This document shows positions 13,084-29,949 of a stretch of DNA of 64,000 nucleotides, piece after piece. Within the stretch, counting starts at the first letter, position 1, and every line of letters starts with the position of its first letter. Where the stretch lies: the NCBI RefSeq assembly GCF_009914755.1, contig NC_060930.1. One strand, given 5' to 3'. The position numbers and the translations under genes were made by a program. The stretch is from the human T2T-CHM13v2.0 reference genome, Homo sapiens. The notes beneath the pieces are model-generated. The model was not told the origin of the DNA. It ran no database searches and saw only the letters and a program-made list of their open reading frames with translations.

Positions 13084-13520
13084 AGAGTTTCAGAATTTCT
13101 CCCCAGCAATCCTCTGAGGGGCTCTCTTAACCCTCTCACCTACTCTGCGCCTCAGTAAATTTCTGTTTTACAGCCATGTTACATATATGACCCCAAAGAG
13201 AAGAGAGGAGTGAAATAAAAAATAGTATGTTGGCATTTAAATTTAAAAGGGAAATATAAATGTGCCATATAATGAATACTTTGTGCATTTATCTTAAGAT
13301 AAACTTGTGGAATTGCTGGATCTAACAGTATTATGGTCACAAAGACATAGCCCCCAAATTGTTCTCCTGAAAGTCTTCACTCTTAAATACCAATCAGTGT
13401 ATGAGAAAAAAAATTTCACAACTTTCTTGCATTTCTTTGCTTTTATGTTTGTAACTTCCATGTTTAATACAGTTCTGATTTTCAGTAACTACAGAATAAA
13501 CATTTGCTAAGCTGACTTGA
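13084..13520 (+). other. Candidate terminal exon (short coding tail + 3'UTR) of an unidentified + strand gene
   Basis: Acceptor 'ctgtgacctttttttctctttacag|AG' (branch-like TGAC, long pyrimidine tract); stops at 13115 (EFQNFSPAIL*) or 13128 (SFRISPQQSSEGLS*); no recognisable repeat downstream; AATAAA at 13214 and 13495, the latter with upstream TGTA. Confidence 0.35.
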
Positions 13521-15279
13521 ACTAAAGATATCTTTGCCAAAGATATGCTATTTAAGGTAGATATGCTTAATTAAAAGAATAGATAATTTCAAAATGAAAT
13601 GGATATTATTTTCCTGCTAGTCACTATACTATACTATGAAGAAAAATTGCTTAAGATAAAAATTAAGAATCCCAAATTGTGCTGACATAGAAAATACAAT
13701 TTACAATAAAATGCTATCTATAAAATGTTAAAGTGATGATTCCCACATAAGAATAAGAGTTTGGCACCGTTTTACTAAAATAATTGCTCAGCCTCTGCCG
13801 GTACACTTTTCTATTTATGATGACAGGTGTCAATTCCCATTCATTTCTCATACATGTACTTTGGGGATTTTTCTAAAAGTTGATACCATTTTATCATTCA
13901 GTGCAATTGTATTTCTTGTAAACACAGTCAACAAAAAAGCTCTACACTAAAAAAAAAATGTCTAACAAAAAGCATAAGATTATTGAACATCATGAGAGTT
14001 TGCAGATTTTATGAGCAGTAGTTAAGGACAAGTCCATCTGGTTACATTTTGATGAGTTACTCACGGTTTGTGTGGGAGCTCCAGCCTGCTCAATCTTACC
14101 TGCTGATAATACCAATTGAATGGCTAGATCCTTATATAGAATGGTTTCTGTTAAGAAAGACTAGGAAGGAAGTTCAAATCCAGAGAGATGGCCAAATTAT
14201 CTCTGATAAAATGGGACAAGTTCGCTTAGTGAGAAAAATCATGGATTTTAAAATTCAACTGTGATTCTGACTTTAGTTGTAGGAATATATGCACGACAAG
14301 AAATGAAGGGCTGATTTACATGCCATGAAAATTGGAACTCCAAATGCTTTTGTTTAAATTACTGAGGTGGAAAGAGAGAAATAAATAAATTACTGAGGTA
14401 AATCCACGTGAACATATGTGTATAGCGCCAGTTTACTATATATTTGTCTCAGGGCTTAAATTGTGTATGTATATACAGAAATCAGAGTATTATAAATTAT
14501 AATGGCTTTACATAAAGAATGCTTTACTACGGAAATAAATGAAAAAGTGCTTTTGGGAAGAAGTCCAATGTTTTATTTAAAAAAAATCTGTATGAAGTAA
14601 CTAAGGAGAAACAGATTTTAAGCTTCTAAAGTCTCTTTGCTTCAGTAGCTGTAGCCACAAAGGAAAATAAAACCTGAGGTAAGAAAAGCAGTAAGACTAA
14701 ATTTTTAATTCTCAAACAATCTTAGGTATGGTTCTCTGTTCGGTTTGATAACAGAAATCATCTTTACTTTTGCTTATGCCAGACACCTAAAAGAAAATTC
14801 CCTTTGGAGTCTCTTAATCTCCCTTTTGTGCATTCTTTTCTGTACATTACTTGTTTAGAAGAGTTACCTTTCCTTTTTGTAACCAGGTAACTTCCCTTTA
14901 GTACTTTTATAAACATAGCTATTCTGTGAGTCTGTTGCAGTGACAACCCATAAAAAAAAAAAAAAAGACTGAAGACTGATGTTAAGCCAAGATTGAACAG
15001 TAGAAAAAAAAAATCAAGAAACCGTGAACCTCCTGAGACACAACCTCCTTGTCTGAACTATGGCTATTAATTTCATTTTATATATTATTCAGATTATAAA
15101 CTCCCAGGGCAGAAACAGTAATATTTAAATAATACATTTCTAAAGAAAATTGGAAATACTTACAAATTGGCTTGTGTGTTGTTATGTTCAACAATATAAA
15201 CTATTTTATAAATCATTTCAGTTTTGTTACTAAGAAACTTTGGCTCCACACAGCAGATTTCAGTGTCTTCATTAGTTAT

Positions 15280-15440
15280 ATTAATTTATATTAATTCTTT
15301 TATCTAAGTTATACAAGCACATGGATGAAAATTCAAATACCACAGAAGAGCTAATTATGAAAAAAATGTTCCTGAATATACCAATTCCCATCTATTCCTA
15401 TCCAGGCCTGTTCCCAGGGGCAATAGTTCTAGCTGATTTC
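15280..15440 (-). mobile_element. Ancient L1ME-type 3' fragment (more decayed L1-like sequence may extend to ~17000)
   Basis: 'atacaagcacatggatgaaaattcaaataccacagaagagc...ttcccaggggcaa'. Confidence 0.45.
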
Positions 15441-17059
15441 CTCCAGTACCCATACAGTTTAGTTATGTTCTTATCAACTCCAGACATTATCCATTTCCTG
15501 TAACAACGCATCTGATTTGGCTCATTTTCTAATCCCCCCATGTTTATCTCCCCTGCTTAATGATACTATTTTGTTTCCTCAGTTGTCAACCTGTATAACC
15601 TTGACACCTTGTTTCATTACCTACAGCCAGTATTTCTTGACTCCTTAGTTCATCAAGTGAGAAAATTAGGGCCCCTACCTGTTTATTTCCTTTTTCTTCC
15701 CTCCTTCTGCCTCGTACCTCTGTCACTCCAGTTTTATTTTTAAATTAGCAAGTTTGAAAACATTTGCTGTCTGTCCTGTAATCACATTTAATGTTTCTAT
15801 ATTTTTCTTCAAGTTGATGGCTGGTAATTGACATTTATATATTATGACCATGGAGTATTCCTCATTGGAGAGCCAAGCTGTGTGCTAGGATTTGTTGTCT
15901 TTCTCTAGGGTTTGATAACTCTGTTTCACTCGAAGACAATTGTTCAAATGGGTTTTTCTTTCCTTCTGCAAATCATTTCACATTAGCATTTGCCCCATAT
16001 TCAGACTGTGTCTACTTTTACAGTCTCTACTGCCCTGGAACCCTGTGCTGGTTTTCCTGCTGATTTCTTATTAGGGAAAGAACTAAGGTTTTTGTTTTTG
16101 TTTTTTTTCCCACTAAAACTTAATGCTCTCAGCTGCTTGTTCATTCTGGGTCTTGCTTAAAATCCACTCCATTTTTCTTAAAACTCATTGATTTCCTTTC
16201 AGAATTTGGATTCACTGTGGTTTTATATTTCAAACATAGTTTTATTTTATAATGCTTGATTTTTCATAATTGAGTTTTCTTCTATTATTTTGTGCCTTTT
16301 TTATATCCCCAAGTTGTTCCAAGTTGTCAGTCTTACCATATGATCTCCTTGGTCCCTTTTTGGCAGATCTTCCTCCCAGAGTCTGCTGCTTTCCTCTTGT
16401 CCAGACTGGTCACTGCCAGCTGTCATCTTGGTTCTTTCCTTCACTGCTATTCTGGTTTGCCTCTTGTTTCCAGAATCCTATGTTGGCTTCTCGTATTTCA
16501 CTTACTAGTTTTGTTGGGTGCTTTCTCAAGTAACTTCCAAAGAAGAAGTGTTAGAGTCTTGTGTGTCCCAAAATATCTTTAGTCAAAGAGAGAAATGAAT
16601 CGATGATTTGGCAACTAAAGAGATTTAAAGGTCAGCAACATCTTTCTTCACAACTTGCAGGGGATTGGCCCGTTGCTCATTCCCCCCATTGCAGTCTATC
16701 ATCCCTTTCCATTCTGAATCTAGAGCTTCTCCAAGGATCCATAGGGTAAGCTCGTTCTTCCCTTGACCTTATTCTCTTCTATGCATGTTTTGAAGATTTT
16801 ATCCCATGATTTCCTCTCCTCAGCTTCTGTCAATTCTTTTCTATTTACTTTCTGTCTTGAAATTTCAAATCTGCTGATGACTCTACTCCCATTCTATTTG
16901 CTCTTGGGGGTTTCCAACTCAAAAAATAATTTACTATCATTTTTGGGAAGAAGAGAGGAAATAAATATAATGGCAGGCCTCAATATTTCAATATTTTAAA
17001 ATATTTTAATTTAAAAAATTTAATATCTAATGACAAATATATTGGTTTATATTTTTGCC

Positions 17060-17232
17060 TTTAACCCTTACAACAGCTCCCTGAGGTATGTTCTTCATAT
17101 GTCTAGATGTGAAAACTTGAGAATGGATAGATAACGTAATGTGCCAAACTTTTCTCAGGTACTGTTGGGTGATGTTTACAAACCTGGATGTATCTGGTTT
17201 GAAATTCCATGCTCATTCACTCTGCCTTGCTG
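17060..17232 (-). mobile_element. MIR SINE
   Basis: 'taacccttacaacagctccctgaggta...tagatgtgaaaacttgag...aaacctggatgtatctggtttgaaattccatgctc'. Confidence 0.6.
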
Positions 17233-17298
17233 GTTCATATGCTATTCTTATATTAGTAACTAAATTTGTTTCTGGAAACCCTTGAGAAAAGGTATGTC

Positions 17299-17628
<330 letters not shown>

Positions 17629-17859
17629 TCAAAATGGAAAAGAGAAAGAAAAGCAAACTTCTTAATTACATTCACATAAATCTCTACTTCTCAGGTAGAT
17701 TATAGTATAATTAGAATATAGTTAGATACATTGTTGCATGATGATGATTTAGGATTATTTGAGATTTGGAGATGACTTCCCAGGTCTCTTCAAAATGTAG
17801 ACATTGGTGGAAATATTTATATTATTTTAATATAATTAATAAACATGTAATAATAAATA

Positions 17860-21308
<3,449 letters not shown>

Positions 21309-21759
21309 GAATGGTCTTTCTGCTAACATAGTATTTACGAACTTGAAATCTGAGAACATGCTAAGCCATGCATATAAATGTGGGAAAGAGTTAATTGAAG
21401 GAATGGAGGATCAAATGCAAGAAGGCAGAACATTTGGGGAGAGGCATACAGGAGGTGAATATTGATCCTGTTGGCTGCAGCAATTAGGTAGGGGAGATAT
21501 TTATGAGATAAAGTTTTAGAGGCAGGGAAAAGTATAGTATGTGCATCTTTGTAGGCCATGATAACATTTAATAAAGATTTATTGTATGGATGAGGAAATG
21601 AAAGAATAAAGATCTACTGAACTGTGCCATAGTTGACAAGTCAGGAGAAGCCTATTATAGCCATGTGTAAGACCCTGAATGCTGGTCTGGAATGAATATC
21701 ATCAGTTTAATAAACAATGAAAATGTGCTGTAAATATTCCAAACAAGGAAGTGGCGTGG

Positions 21760-21931
21760 CTGTGCTGTCTACATCATTTGAAGAGCTCAGTGCAAAATAA
21801 AAGTGGTGACTCTTGTTCATTAATTAAAAATTATAAGCAGGGAACAGCAGAACATTGAACAAAGCATGGGCTCTTATTAGTGTGGAGGCTTATGTGACTG
21901 AATAGGTTGTATACCCATGAAGTTGGCTCTG
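21760..21931 (-). mobile_element. MER45A-like hAT DNA transposon
   Basis: 'ctacatcatttgaagagctcagtgcaaaataaaa...gtgactgaataggttgtatacccatgaagttggctctg'. Confidence 0.7.
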
Positions 21932-22244
21932 GACATAGCCAATAATCTTTTAGAAGGTTAGTCTTTCAAGACACAATGTGTATACAGGCAGACTACCTAA
22001 CAAATAATTAAAATACTCTTTGTGTGAAGTAACAGGGAGTAGCTCAGTGGTAGCAGTGAAAAGGATAAGAAAGGCACCAATGGAAAAGCTGTGGCAGAAA
22101 ACAGACTAGAAATGATGATATTGATTGGGTAGGTGGGGTAGAGTTAAATAAGGAAAATGCGAAGGTGATTTAGATATTAAAGCTGAGTGTCTTTGGAGAA
22201 TAGAAACTACTACTTGTTAAATTGTTTACTATATGCCAGAATCT

Positions 22245-22782
22245 TGAAGGAGTTTAGGAAATGGCACCCCAAAATGTGCCACTTTGGTACACGGATTACT
22301 TCGAGCTCAAAGCACTGAAAATATAGCACACACAGGGAGAGCCTTTGTCTGAACTCCACTTATCTACCTAAAGCCACATACTCCAGAAAGAATTCACTTG
22401 TCATCCATTGGGATCCATAAGAATTTTGTCAACCAGGAAAGTTGAACCCTTATCACAGGATAGATAGACAAGAAGTCAGCACCACACCCTGATAAACTTT
22501 GTCATAAACAATCATCTATTCTTAGGGCCCATTTATTTTTCCCCAAACCATTTACTGGCATTTAAGGTACTTAAATCCCTCCTCCTCTCCCCCACTATGA
22601 AAAGGGCATATAAGCTTCTAAATATCACTGAGTTTTGGGGTATTTACTTTTCTGTGATGACCTCCATGCACATAATAAATTTCTATACCCTTTCTCCTAT
22701 TAATCTGCCTGTTTTCAGTTTATTTCATAGACTCAGTTATTGAACTTTCTGAGGGTAGATTGAAAGTCTTTTCTATCCAATA
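22245..22782 (+). mobile_element. MER34-family ERV1 solo LTR inserted in a MIR (MIR 22210-22244 + 22783-22995, minus)
   Basis: Starts 'tgaaggagtttaggaaatggcaccccaaaatgtgccactttgg'; TATA-like 'gcatataagc' and AATAAA; 4-bp TSD atct at 22241 and 22783. Confidence 0.85.
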
Positions 22783-23321
22783 ATCTCTTTGGTACTTTAT
22801 AAACATTTTATGCTCAAAACAACATATTTGTGTCAGTTATAATTATTGTAATTTTAAAGATAAAGAAACCGTGGTTTAAAGAATCCAAGATGGTTGTCTA
22901 AGGTCATAAATTTAACAGGTGGTGTTGCTATAAGGATTTCAACTGTAAGTCTGCTTCCAAAAGCCTGTGCTCTTTACACTGTATTACATTTCCTCTTTTC
23001 ACCAAAAAGGCAAATTAGTGGTATTCCTTGTTTGAAGTATAGGTGGGTATTCTCTGGATCTGATTTCTTTATCACTCATTTATGCAATATATCCTTGCCT
23101 AGTGCCACCTATATGCCTAGGTTTGGTGCTTGGTAATGGTGATAAAAAGATAAAAGAATTTATTTTAGCAACTCCTATGTGATGAAGAATACAATGGTGA
23201 TGCCTCTCAAAAATACTTCCTCTTGTTATTATGATTTTACTTCTGGACTGTACTGCTGACAGTTTTATACCAGTGATTAGAGTGTTTGCCAATCCTATCA
23301 TATTTTATTATTTTATACTAC

Positions 23322-23382
23322 ATATATAGTATGTATTATGTATATGTATATATATGTGTATGTGTATGTATATATACATATG
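23322..23382. repeat. (TA)n/(TATG)n microsatellite
   Basis: atatatagtatgtattatgtatatgtatatatatgtgtatgtgtatgtatatatacatatg. Confidence 0.8.
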
Positions 23383-23515
23383 TGGCATCATAGCGTAGCT
23401 GCTTCAATTATGTAGCCAAATTCTCTGTCACTTACTAGCTACATGACCTTGGGCAAATTGCCTAACCTCTCCATATCTCCATTTCCTCAAAAAAAAAAAA
23501 AATGGGGATAGTAAG

Positions 23516-24117
23516 TGTGATGGTTAATTTTAGGTGTCAGTTTGACTGGATTAAGGAATATCTAGAGAACAGGCAAAGCATTATTTCTGGGTATGTCCCT
23601 GAAAGTATTTCCAGAGGAGAATGTTCCAGTGAATCTGTGGACTGAGTGGGGGAAGATCTACCCTCAATGTGAGTGGTAACCATCAAATCGACTGAGGGCC
23701 CAGATAGAACAAAAACAGCAGGGGGAAAACTGGTGTTTTCTTTCTTTCTTTCCTTTTTCTTTTTTTCCCCCTCTCTCTCCTGGATCTGGAACACTCTTCA
23801 TCTCTTACCTTTGGACATCAGAACTCCAGGCTCTCCCGCCTTTAGATTCCAGGATTTACACCAGCAGTTCCCTGGGCTTTCAGGGCTTCAGCCCAGTCCC
23901 AAGAGTTACACCATTGGCTCCCCTGGTTCTCAGGCTTTCGGACTTGGACTGAGCCATGCTACCCACATTCCAGAGTCTCCAGCTTATGGACAGCCAGTTG
24001 TGGGACTTCTCAGCCTCCATAATCACATGAGCAAATTCTATTAATAAATCCCCTCTCATCTGTCTATACATTCTTTTACCATTTGTTCTGTTTCTCTGGA
24101 GAACTCTGACTAATACA
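23516..24117 (+). mobile_element. MLT2 (MLT2B-like, ERVL) solo LTR inserted in a MIR (MIR ~23385-24612)
   Basis: 'tgtgatggttaattttaggtgtcagtttgactggattaagg...ggagaactctgactaataca'; 5-bp TSD gtaag/gtcag. Confidence 0.9.
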
Positions 24118-24184
24118 GTCAGGGTGCTTACCTTGAAGTACTGTAAAAAGGCTAGTGAGTAAAAACATTAACTATCTTTAACAG

Positions 24185-24567
24185 TGTATTAATCGGTTCT
24201 TGCATTGCTATAAAGAAATACCTGAGATTGGGAAATTTGTAGGGAAAATAGGTTTAATTGGCTCATGGTTCTGCAGGCTATACAGAAAGCAGATGGTGGC
24301 ATCTGCTTCTGGGGGGGCCTCAGGGAGCTTTTACTCAAGGTGGAAGGCAGAGTCCCAGCAGGAGTCTTATATGGCAGGAGCAGGATTGAGAGAGGGGAGG
24401 TCACTTTTAAATGACCAGGTATCATGAGAACTTACTCACTATCACTAGAATGCCAAGGAGGAAATCCACCCCCATGATCCAGTCTCCTCCTACCAGGCCC
24501 ACCTCTAACATTGGTTATTACAATTCGTCCTGAGACTTGGGTGGGGACACAGATCTAAACCATGTCA
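24185..24567 (-). mobile_element. MSTA-like ERVL-MaLR solo LTR in the same MIR
   Basis: 'tgtattaatcggttcttgcattgctataaagaaatacctgag...ggggacacagatctaaaccatgtca'; 5-bp TSD aacag/aacac. Confidence 0.9.
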
Positions 24568-26539
24568 AACACTATCTAGCACATAGTCAACACTCAATAA
24601 ATGTTAACTCTTTTTATGACATTTGCCCATGCTTATTTTAGACGAGTCCTAGATTTCAAGTTGGTAAATTTTATGGCCAATATAAAGAGTAGATGAAAAT
24701 GCATCAGGATAAAATAGGTTTGTGATTTTTATTCATTATAATGTAAGAAATTCTCAATGGAGCTTGTGGTAAGGAAAAAAATAAATTATGTTATTTTCAG
24801 ACCAGTAAATAATAAACAACCAGAATCTAGTTTGTTAGTAGTTATTCCACTAGGCGTTAGCATGCTTTACCAGTTAGTCAAATAGTACTATCCATATATA
24901 TTTTATGTGCTCAGGTACACATACACATATAAGGGCAGATAGATTTTGGATGCTAACTCAGCAGTGTAGTAAGTGGTGATAATGATTATTCATGCAGTAT
25001 TCTCAAGAGTTTTCTACATAAGATTAGAGAAATATTAGTAATTAAGCCATAAACCTGTGTTTGTAAACTTTATTAGAGTTGTATAATATGTACTTGGTGA
25101 TTTTCATTTCTCCTGCATTATACTTTATCTTATCTGTCTAGTCAAAATCAGACTATTTCAGTAAGAGTAAATTAATGGTAGTGTTATACAGTTCCTAAAA
25201 ATAGTGCAGTAGTTTTCCTTTTTATGCCCCTTCCATTGAAGAATTAATTTGTTATGAATGCGTTTCATTAATTTTATCACAAAAATAGAGATAATTGATT
25301 ATATCTTTTAACTGCATTGCCAGTGAGTTATTTGAAAAAAATCAGTGTCCGTGGACCATTTTTTGACTATTTTAGCTCTAATACTTCCTATTCTTTATTA
25401 TTAATAAAGCTTCCACACTGATCCCCCCCAACCATTTTCCTCTCATAGGGTCCCCGTTTTCTTGAGTGCCTTGCCTTTCCATCTCTGTAACTGCAAACAT
25501 TTACTTAATTACTTTATCTTAAAGCATTTTTTTATTTTTCTATATTCCCAATATTAGCATTTCTATCTGCATTTCTCTTTTAGCACTTATCACTTTATAT
25601 CATATAAATATTTGAGAAAGGGGCAAAGGCCAAACTCCATACTTATAACATATTATATGACATCAACTTTGACTTATTGACTCTTAACTCTGCGGCTCTT
25701 GGAAGTTCTTTGCACCCTATAAAGCAAATCTAATGCATAAATTGTTAATAAAAATGAGTCAGGGGCTTCTCTATGACTCTTGTGCCTTTGAGGGGGTTAG
25801 TAAAGGACAAGAAAATGTCAAATTTGTTTTTACATGACAAGTGCTGAGATAAGAAAACAAAAATAATTACCTGGTTTCAGGTAGTTACTATGAATCATAT
25901 GCTCTCTTGCTAGTATTAAAGAAAATCTTGCTGGGCAAAATACAAATTTATCTAATAAAAATTAGTGATCCATTTCCAATGAGAAAGTCTTAAGAATAAA
26001 TAAGCTGGTGGAAAGTAGGCCCCCACTTCTGGCATTATCATTTTGGTGAGCCTTTAGCAAGAAGGAATAGGCAAAATGGACCTGAGGCAGCAGTGGCAGG
26101 GAAGAGCCAGAAGAATGGCCCTGAACTATGGGGTGATAAAAGTGTCAACCCCCAACTTGACACCTTTGCTTCTGCTCTTAAAGACCTAGAAATTGGAGCC
26201 CAAGAGGAGTCAAATTCTGGGTGGAGGGGAGTCACCAAGAGCACACACATCATCACCTGAAATGAGTGTATAGCCAATCCTGTGGTCCCACTCAGGCCTA
26301 AGCCTGAAGATTAGAGGAAGAACAACTAGGATTACTACCTTCCCTTGTTTATTGTTCTTAGTTAAATGGAGTTTATTCTATGCTGAGAGCATGATATGCT
26401 ATAAGGCCTTGTTAAGAGGTTAAGAGTAGATTAAATCTATGTGGATTAGTTATGGAGAAACAGAATAAGGTATTTACCCCTTTCTTTAAATTATTTAAAT
26501 TATGGGATAGCTTAAACAAGAAGAAGGGACAGACAGTTA

Positions 26540-26985
26540 CCAGGTAGGGAAAGTCTCTAGAAACTGGGTCAGAAAAGAAATAGCTGAATAAACTGGTTGT
26601 TTAATCTAGAACAGAGGATTTAACAGGTATCATGATAACTTTTCAAATAATTACAGACCCTTTATATGGGAAACTATGCTTTTTTGTTTCAACTAAAGAA
26701 GCAGTCCTAAGACTAATGAATATCCTACATTAAGAGGTAGATTTTAGGATAGTGGAAAAAAAAATCAGTCAATCACCAACTAACCAACAAACAAACATAA
26801 ACTTTTACCACAAGAGAAAAAAATGCTTTCTTATGAATTAATGAGTTCTGGGTCATTAAAAGTGTTCAAGTAGAAACTGAATGACCACATTTAGGGAATA
26901 GTGCGGAAAAGAGTCTAACATCTGATAATGGTTGGGTTAAATGACCTGTAATATTTCTCTGAAATCTAACATTTTATGTTTCTTA
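26540..26985 (+). mobile_element. L3/CR1 LINE 3' relic
   Basis: 'aatgagttctgggtcattaaaagtgttcaagtagaaactgaatgaccac...ttgggttaaatgacctgtaa...ctaacattttatg'. Confidence 0.5.
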
Positions 26986-27207
26986 GAATGTACCAAATTT
27001 GATGCCTTTAGATATAAGATTCAGGAAGCCATAATATTTCTAAGCAATTTCTCATGTCCCATTTAGTAAAAAATAAAGAAATGAACTAGTTCCTGAATGA
27101 GAAAGGAATAGACTTGGAGCTTTGTAAAATTTTCTGATCAAAAAAGGCCTTCAAAATCTTTTGTCCTATGGAATCTAAGAAAATAATGCACTAAATTCTG
27201 ACAAATT

Positions 27208-27211
<4 letters not shown>

Positions 27212-27250
<39 letters not shown>

Positions 27251-27299
27251 CACACATACACACACACTATATGTATGTGTGTGTCTGTGTGTGTGTGTG
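27212..27299. repeat. Compound microsatellite (TA)n-(CA)n-(TG)n
   Basis: Seen directly. Confidence 0.95.
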
Positions 27300-27379
27300 A
27301 AAGCTACTTTCATTTCTCATCTTGTGAGGAAGGTGTCATCTCTAAGATTTATCACTTTTTATGATCCCATTCACCTCAG

Positions 27380-27570
27380 AGAGCAGTTTCTCATGTGCAG
27401 TCAGCGCACCATTTAATTAGACTATCCTGGGGTGCTGCTTTAAAATTTAGATTTTTGGCCCTACTCAGGCATAATGAATTAGAATCTTTTGGATGGTACT
27501 TTTTGAATCTTAATATTTAACAAATACCATTGTGATTCTTATGCATATTAAAGTTCAAGAATATTTTCTG
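27380..27570. mobile_element. MER5A/B hAT-Charlie MITE
   Basis: 'gagcagtttctca...tcctggggtgctgctttaaaatttagatttttggccctactc...gtgattcttatgcatattaaagttcaagaa'. Confidence 0.75.
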
Positions 27571-28247
27571 TAGGTCTTCAAGATTTGAGGTTTCAGTATA
27601 TAAACATGTTTTATTTTCATGATATCAAGTATCCAAAAACCCACTTCTTCTTAATTTCAGGGGATAAAACTCTTGACAAAAATCAATAATTACTCTCTAA
27701 AAATATTTTTCTTGATGTAGTTTTTTTTCTTGCTTTCATTCGTCAACTTTAGAAAAAGAGAAAATCGTAATATATTTATTTTTACATATGAGCATGTAGT
27801 TCTAATAGGGGAATCACATCAGATAATTTTCAAAAGAAGGAAAAAAATTTATGTTTTGTTTATTCGTGTAAAAATAGTTGGTAGTGGGTTAGCTTATTAT
27901 TTACAACAGCATGCTACTGAATTCAAAGATATGCCTGTATTCTATGTTGTCAGTAATAATGTTTCATTCCATGGTCTTAAAAATTCATGTTCTTATTTGA
28001 AGGGGTAACTGTGTTTACCAAGACTTTTTAAAAATTGCCAGTTACAGAAATGATACTCAACCCATCTAAAGAAAACGAAATAACCTCATAACTGGAAAGG
28101 ATAGGATTGAACTTCAGGTATGTCTAGAGCTGGGGCTCAAATAATGTCATCAGAAGTTTGTCTTGCGCCGTCACTTAACTCTGAGATTTTTCTGGATTAA
28201 CTTTGTTCTGTAAGTGCTCCCTATGTGGTCACAAAGATGCCTGTCAC

Positions 28248-28638
28248 TGAAACCAGCCCAATTTCTCCATAGAACTGATATTTACAGGTTTTTTGAATAA
28301 ACAAAGAAATTGACCCTTCTCGTCTTAAAACTTGAAACTTAAATTTGTCTTGCCTGAGATCTTCCTCAGGAAAGGGACTGAAAGTCACTAGATCACCTCA
28401 TCCAGCCAGGTCCCTCCCTAATTTCTCTTTACCAACTCCTCTTCCTTACCCCTTCCTAATTTGTGTTTTCCATCATGTAGTTAAATTTCTTCCCTGCTAT
28501 ATAAACCTCTAGATCTGTTTGAGTTGACATCACTAAAATAAAAAGTCTTCTTCCCTGGCAATACTTATTGGCTCAATGATTGGCTTTCTGTATGGGGAGC
28601 AACAGGACCTAGACCAAACCCCTGGCATTTTTGTAACA
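28248..28638 (+). mobile_element. LTR47-like solo LTR inserted in an MLT1-type LTR relic (~28030-28930)
   Basis: 'tgaaaccagcccaatttctccatagaactgat...gaataaacaaagaaattgaccc' to 'cctggcatttttgtaaca'; flanks tcac/tcat. Confidence 0.75.
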
Positions 28639-29949
28639 TCATCAGCATTAGGTTCATATTGTTCTTATACCTAACGGTCAAAGAGAAAAAGAAAAACTCC
28701 CAGGATGGACTCCTTGGCCCAGCCTGAGTTGTACACCTATTCCTGACTTACTTGCAGTGGCCAATAAAATGAAGTACTTGGAGTTCTCTAATTTTTTCAT
28801 TCCTGGGTCACATATCCAACTTTGAAGCCAAGGTTTGTGTCACCTAATGGGAATCTAAGAGTATGTGTGAGCAGGGGCTTGGTTCTCCCAAAGAAGGAGA
28901 TGTTGAGCAGAAGAAAGTAGATGATGTTCCCCAGTGGAACTACTTAAAAGTCCTTTCAATATATATTTATTGATTACAAAATATTGGAGCTATAGAGGGA
29001 AACCCCACACTGATCTCCTCTCATTATGCTCAACCCAGTGGATGGGATTAGTCTTTGACAATTGCTTTGTAAAGTGGTAAGGGCTATGGTGGAAATAGAA
29101 GTTCTGAGGGAGCCAAGAGGACTTTAGCTAAGTGGGACTCAGTAATTTGAAGAGAAAACACCAGAGGTGACAGGTGAACTGGATCTGGAGATATAGTGGG
29201 AGGGAGAACCCTGGAAGAGGATCATAATTTAAAAAGGAAAGTAAGTGAGAATATCATCTTCTTGTATGATAGCTGGTATTTATATTATAGTCAAAGTAGA
29301 CATTTAAGCAAGCAGTTTGAGGAAAAGTCCTCAGTCAGGGTAAAATTTGAGTTGTTTGTCCATTTTGGCTGGGAGCCAATGTAACCTAACCTAGATAACT
29401 CAATTTCTACTAAAGCGAACTGTGATTCTACTTGTAAAGAAAGTCCTATATTGGGAATAAAGATTTTTTTCCAGATCATGTTGTTAAGATAAAATGCTAG
29501 AAAGCTCTTAAAAGCAATTGCAGTGAAGTTTAACACTTTTCCTTCATACTGAAGGAAAAAATGTGGCAGCAATTTAGGAAGGGCATGCTTAAAATTCAGT
29601 GAAATGCAGAAAAACACTGGAAGTTAAAAGTGAAACAATTCTCTGTAGATTTTGTTTGCTTTTAAAGATAAGGACAAGTATTCCATGAATGTGTCACTGG
29701 TGATGATTTAAATATGGAATATTCTGAATACAGTATTGATTCAAAATATAAAAACAAAAATATTCGTAATTATTTTGGAGTGGAATGGAGTAAAGTGGAG
29801 CCAGGAAAGAGACAGTGTAATAAGGTGGTACAATTGCAAAACTATATTTGGATATAATTAGCTTCAGAGAGACCAAGCAATCATAGAATGATAATGCAGG
29901 TGATGATATTAAGAACACTGCTTTAAACTCTATTCCCATATTGTTGTAT

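Noticed and set aside
14764-14967. Processed pseudogene suggested by a 60-aa ORF and an adjacent A run
   Set aside because: No recognisable protein, no TSD, and the ORF is on the strand opposite to the A run
26038-26330. GC-richer segment with a 79-aa ORF and a 7-bp inverted repeat (gtgtcaa/ttgacac)
   Set aside because: No recognisable homology or splice pattern; short dyads are expected by chance; possibly an old LTR relic
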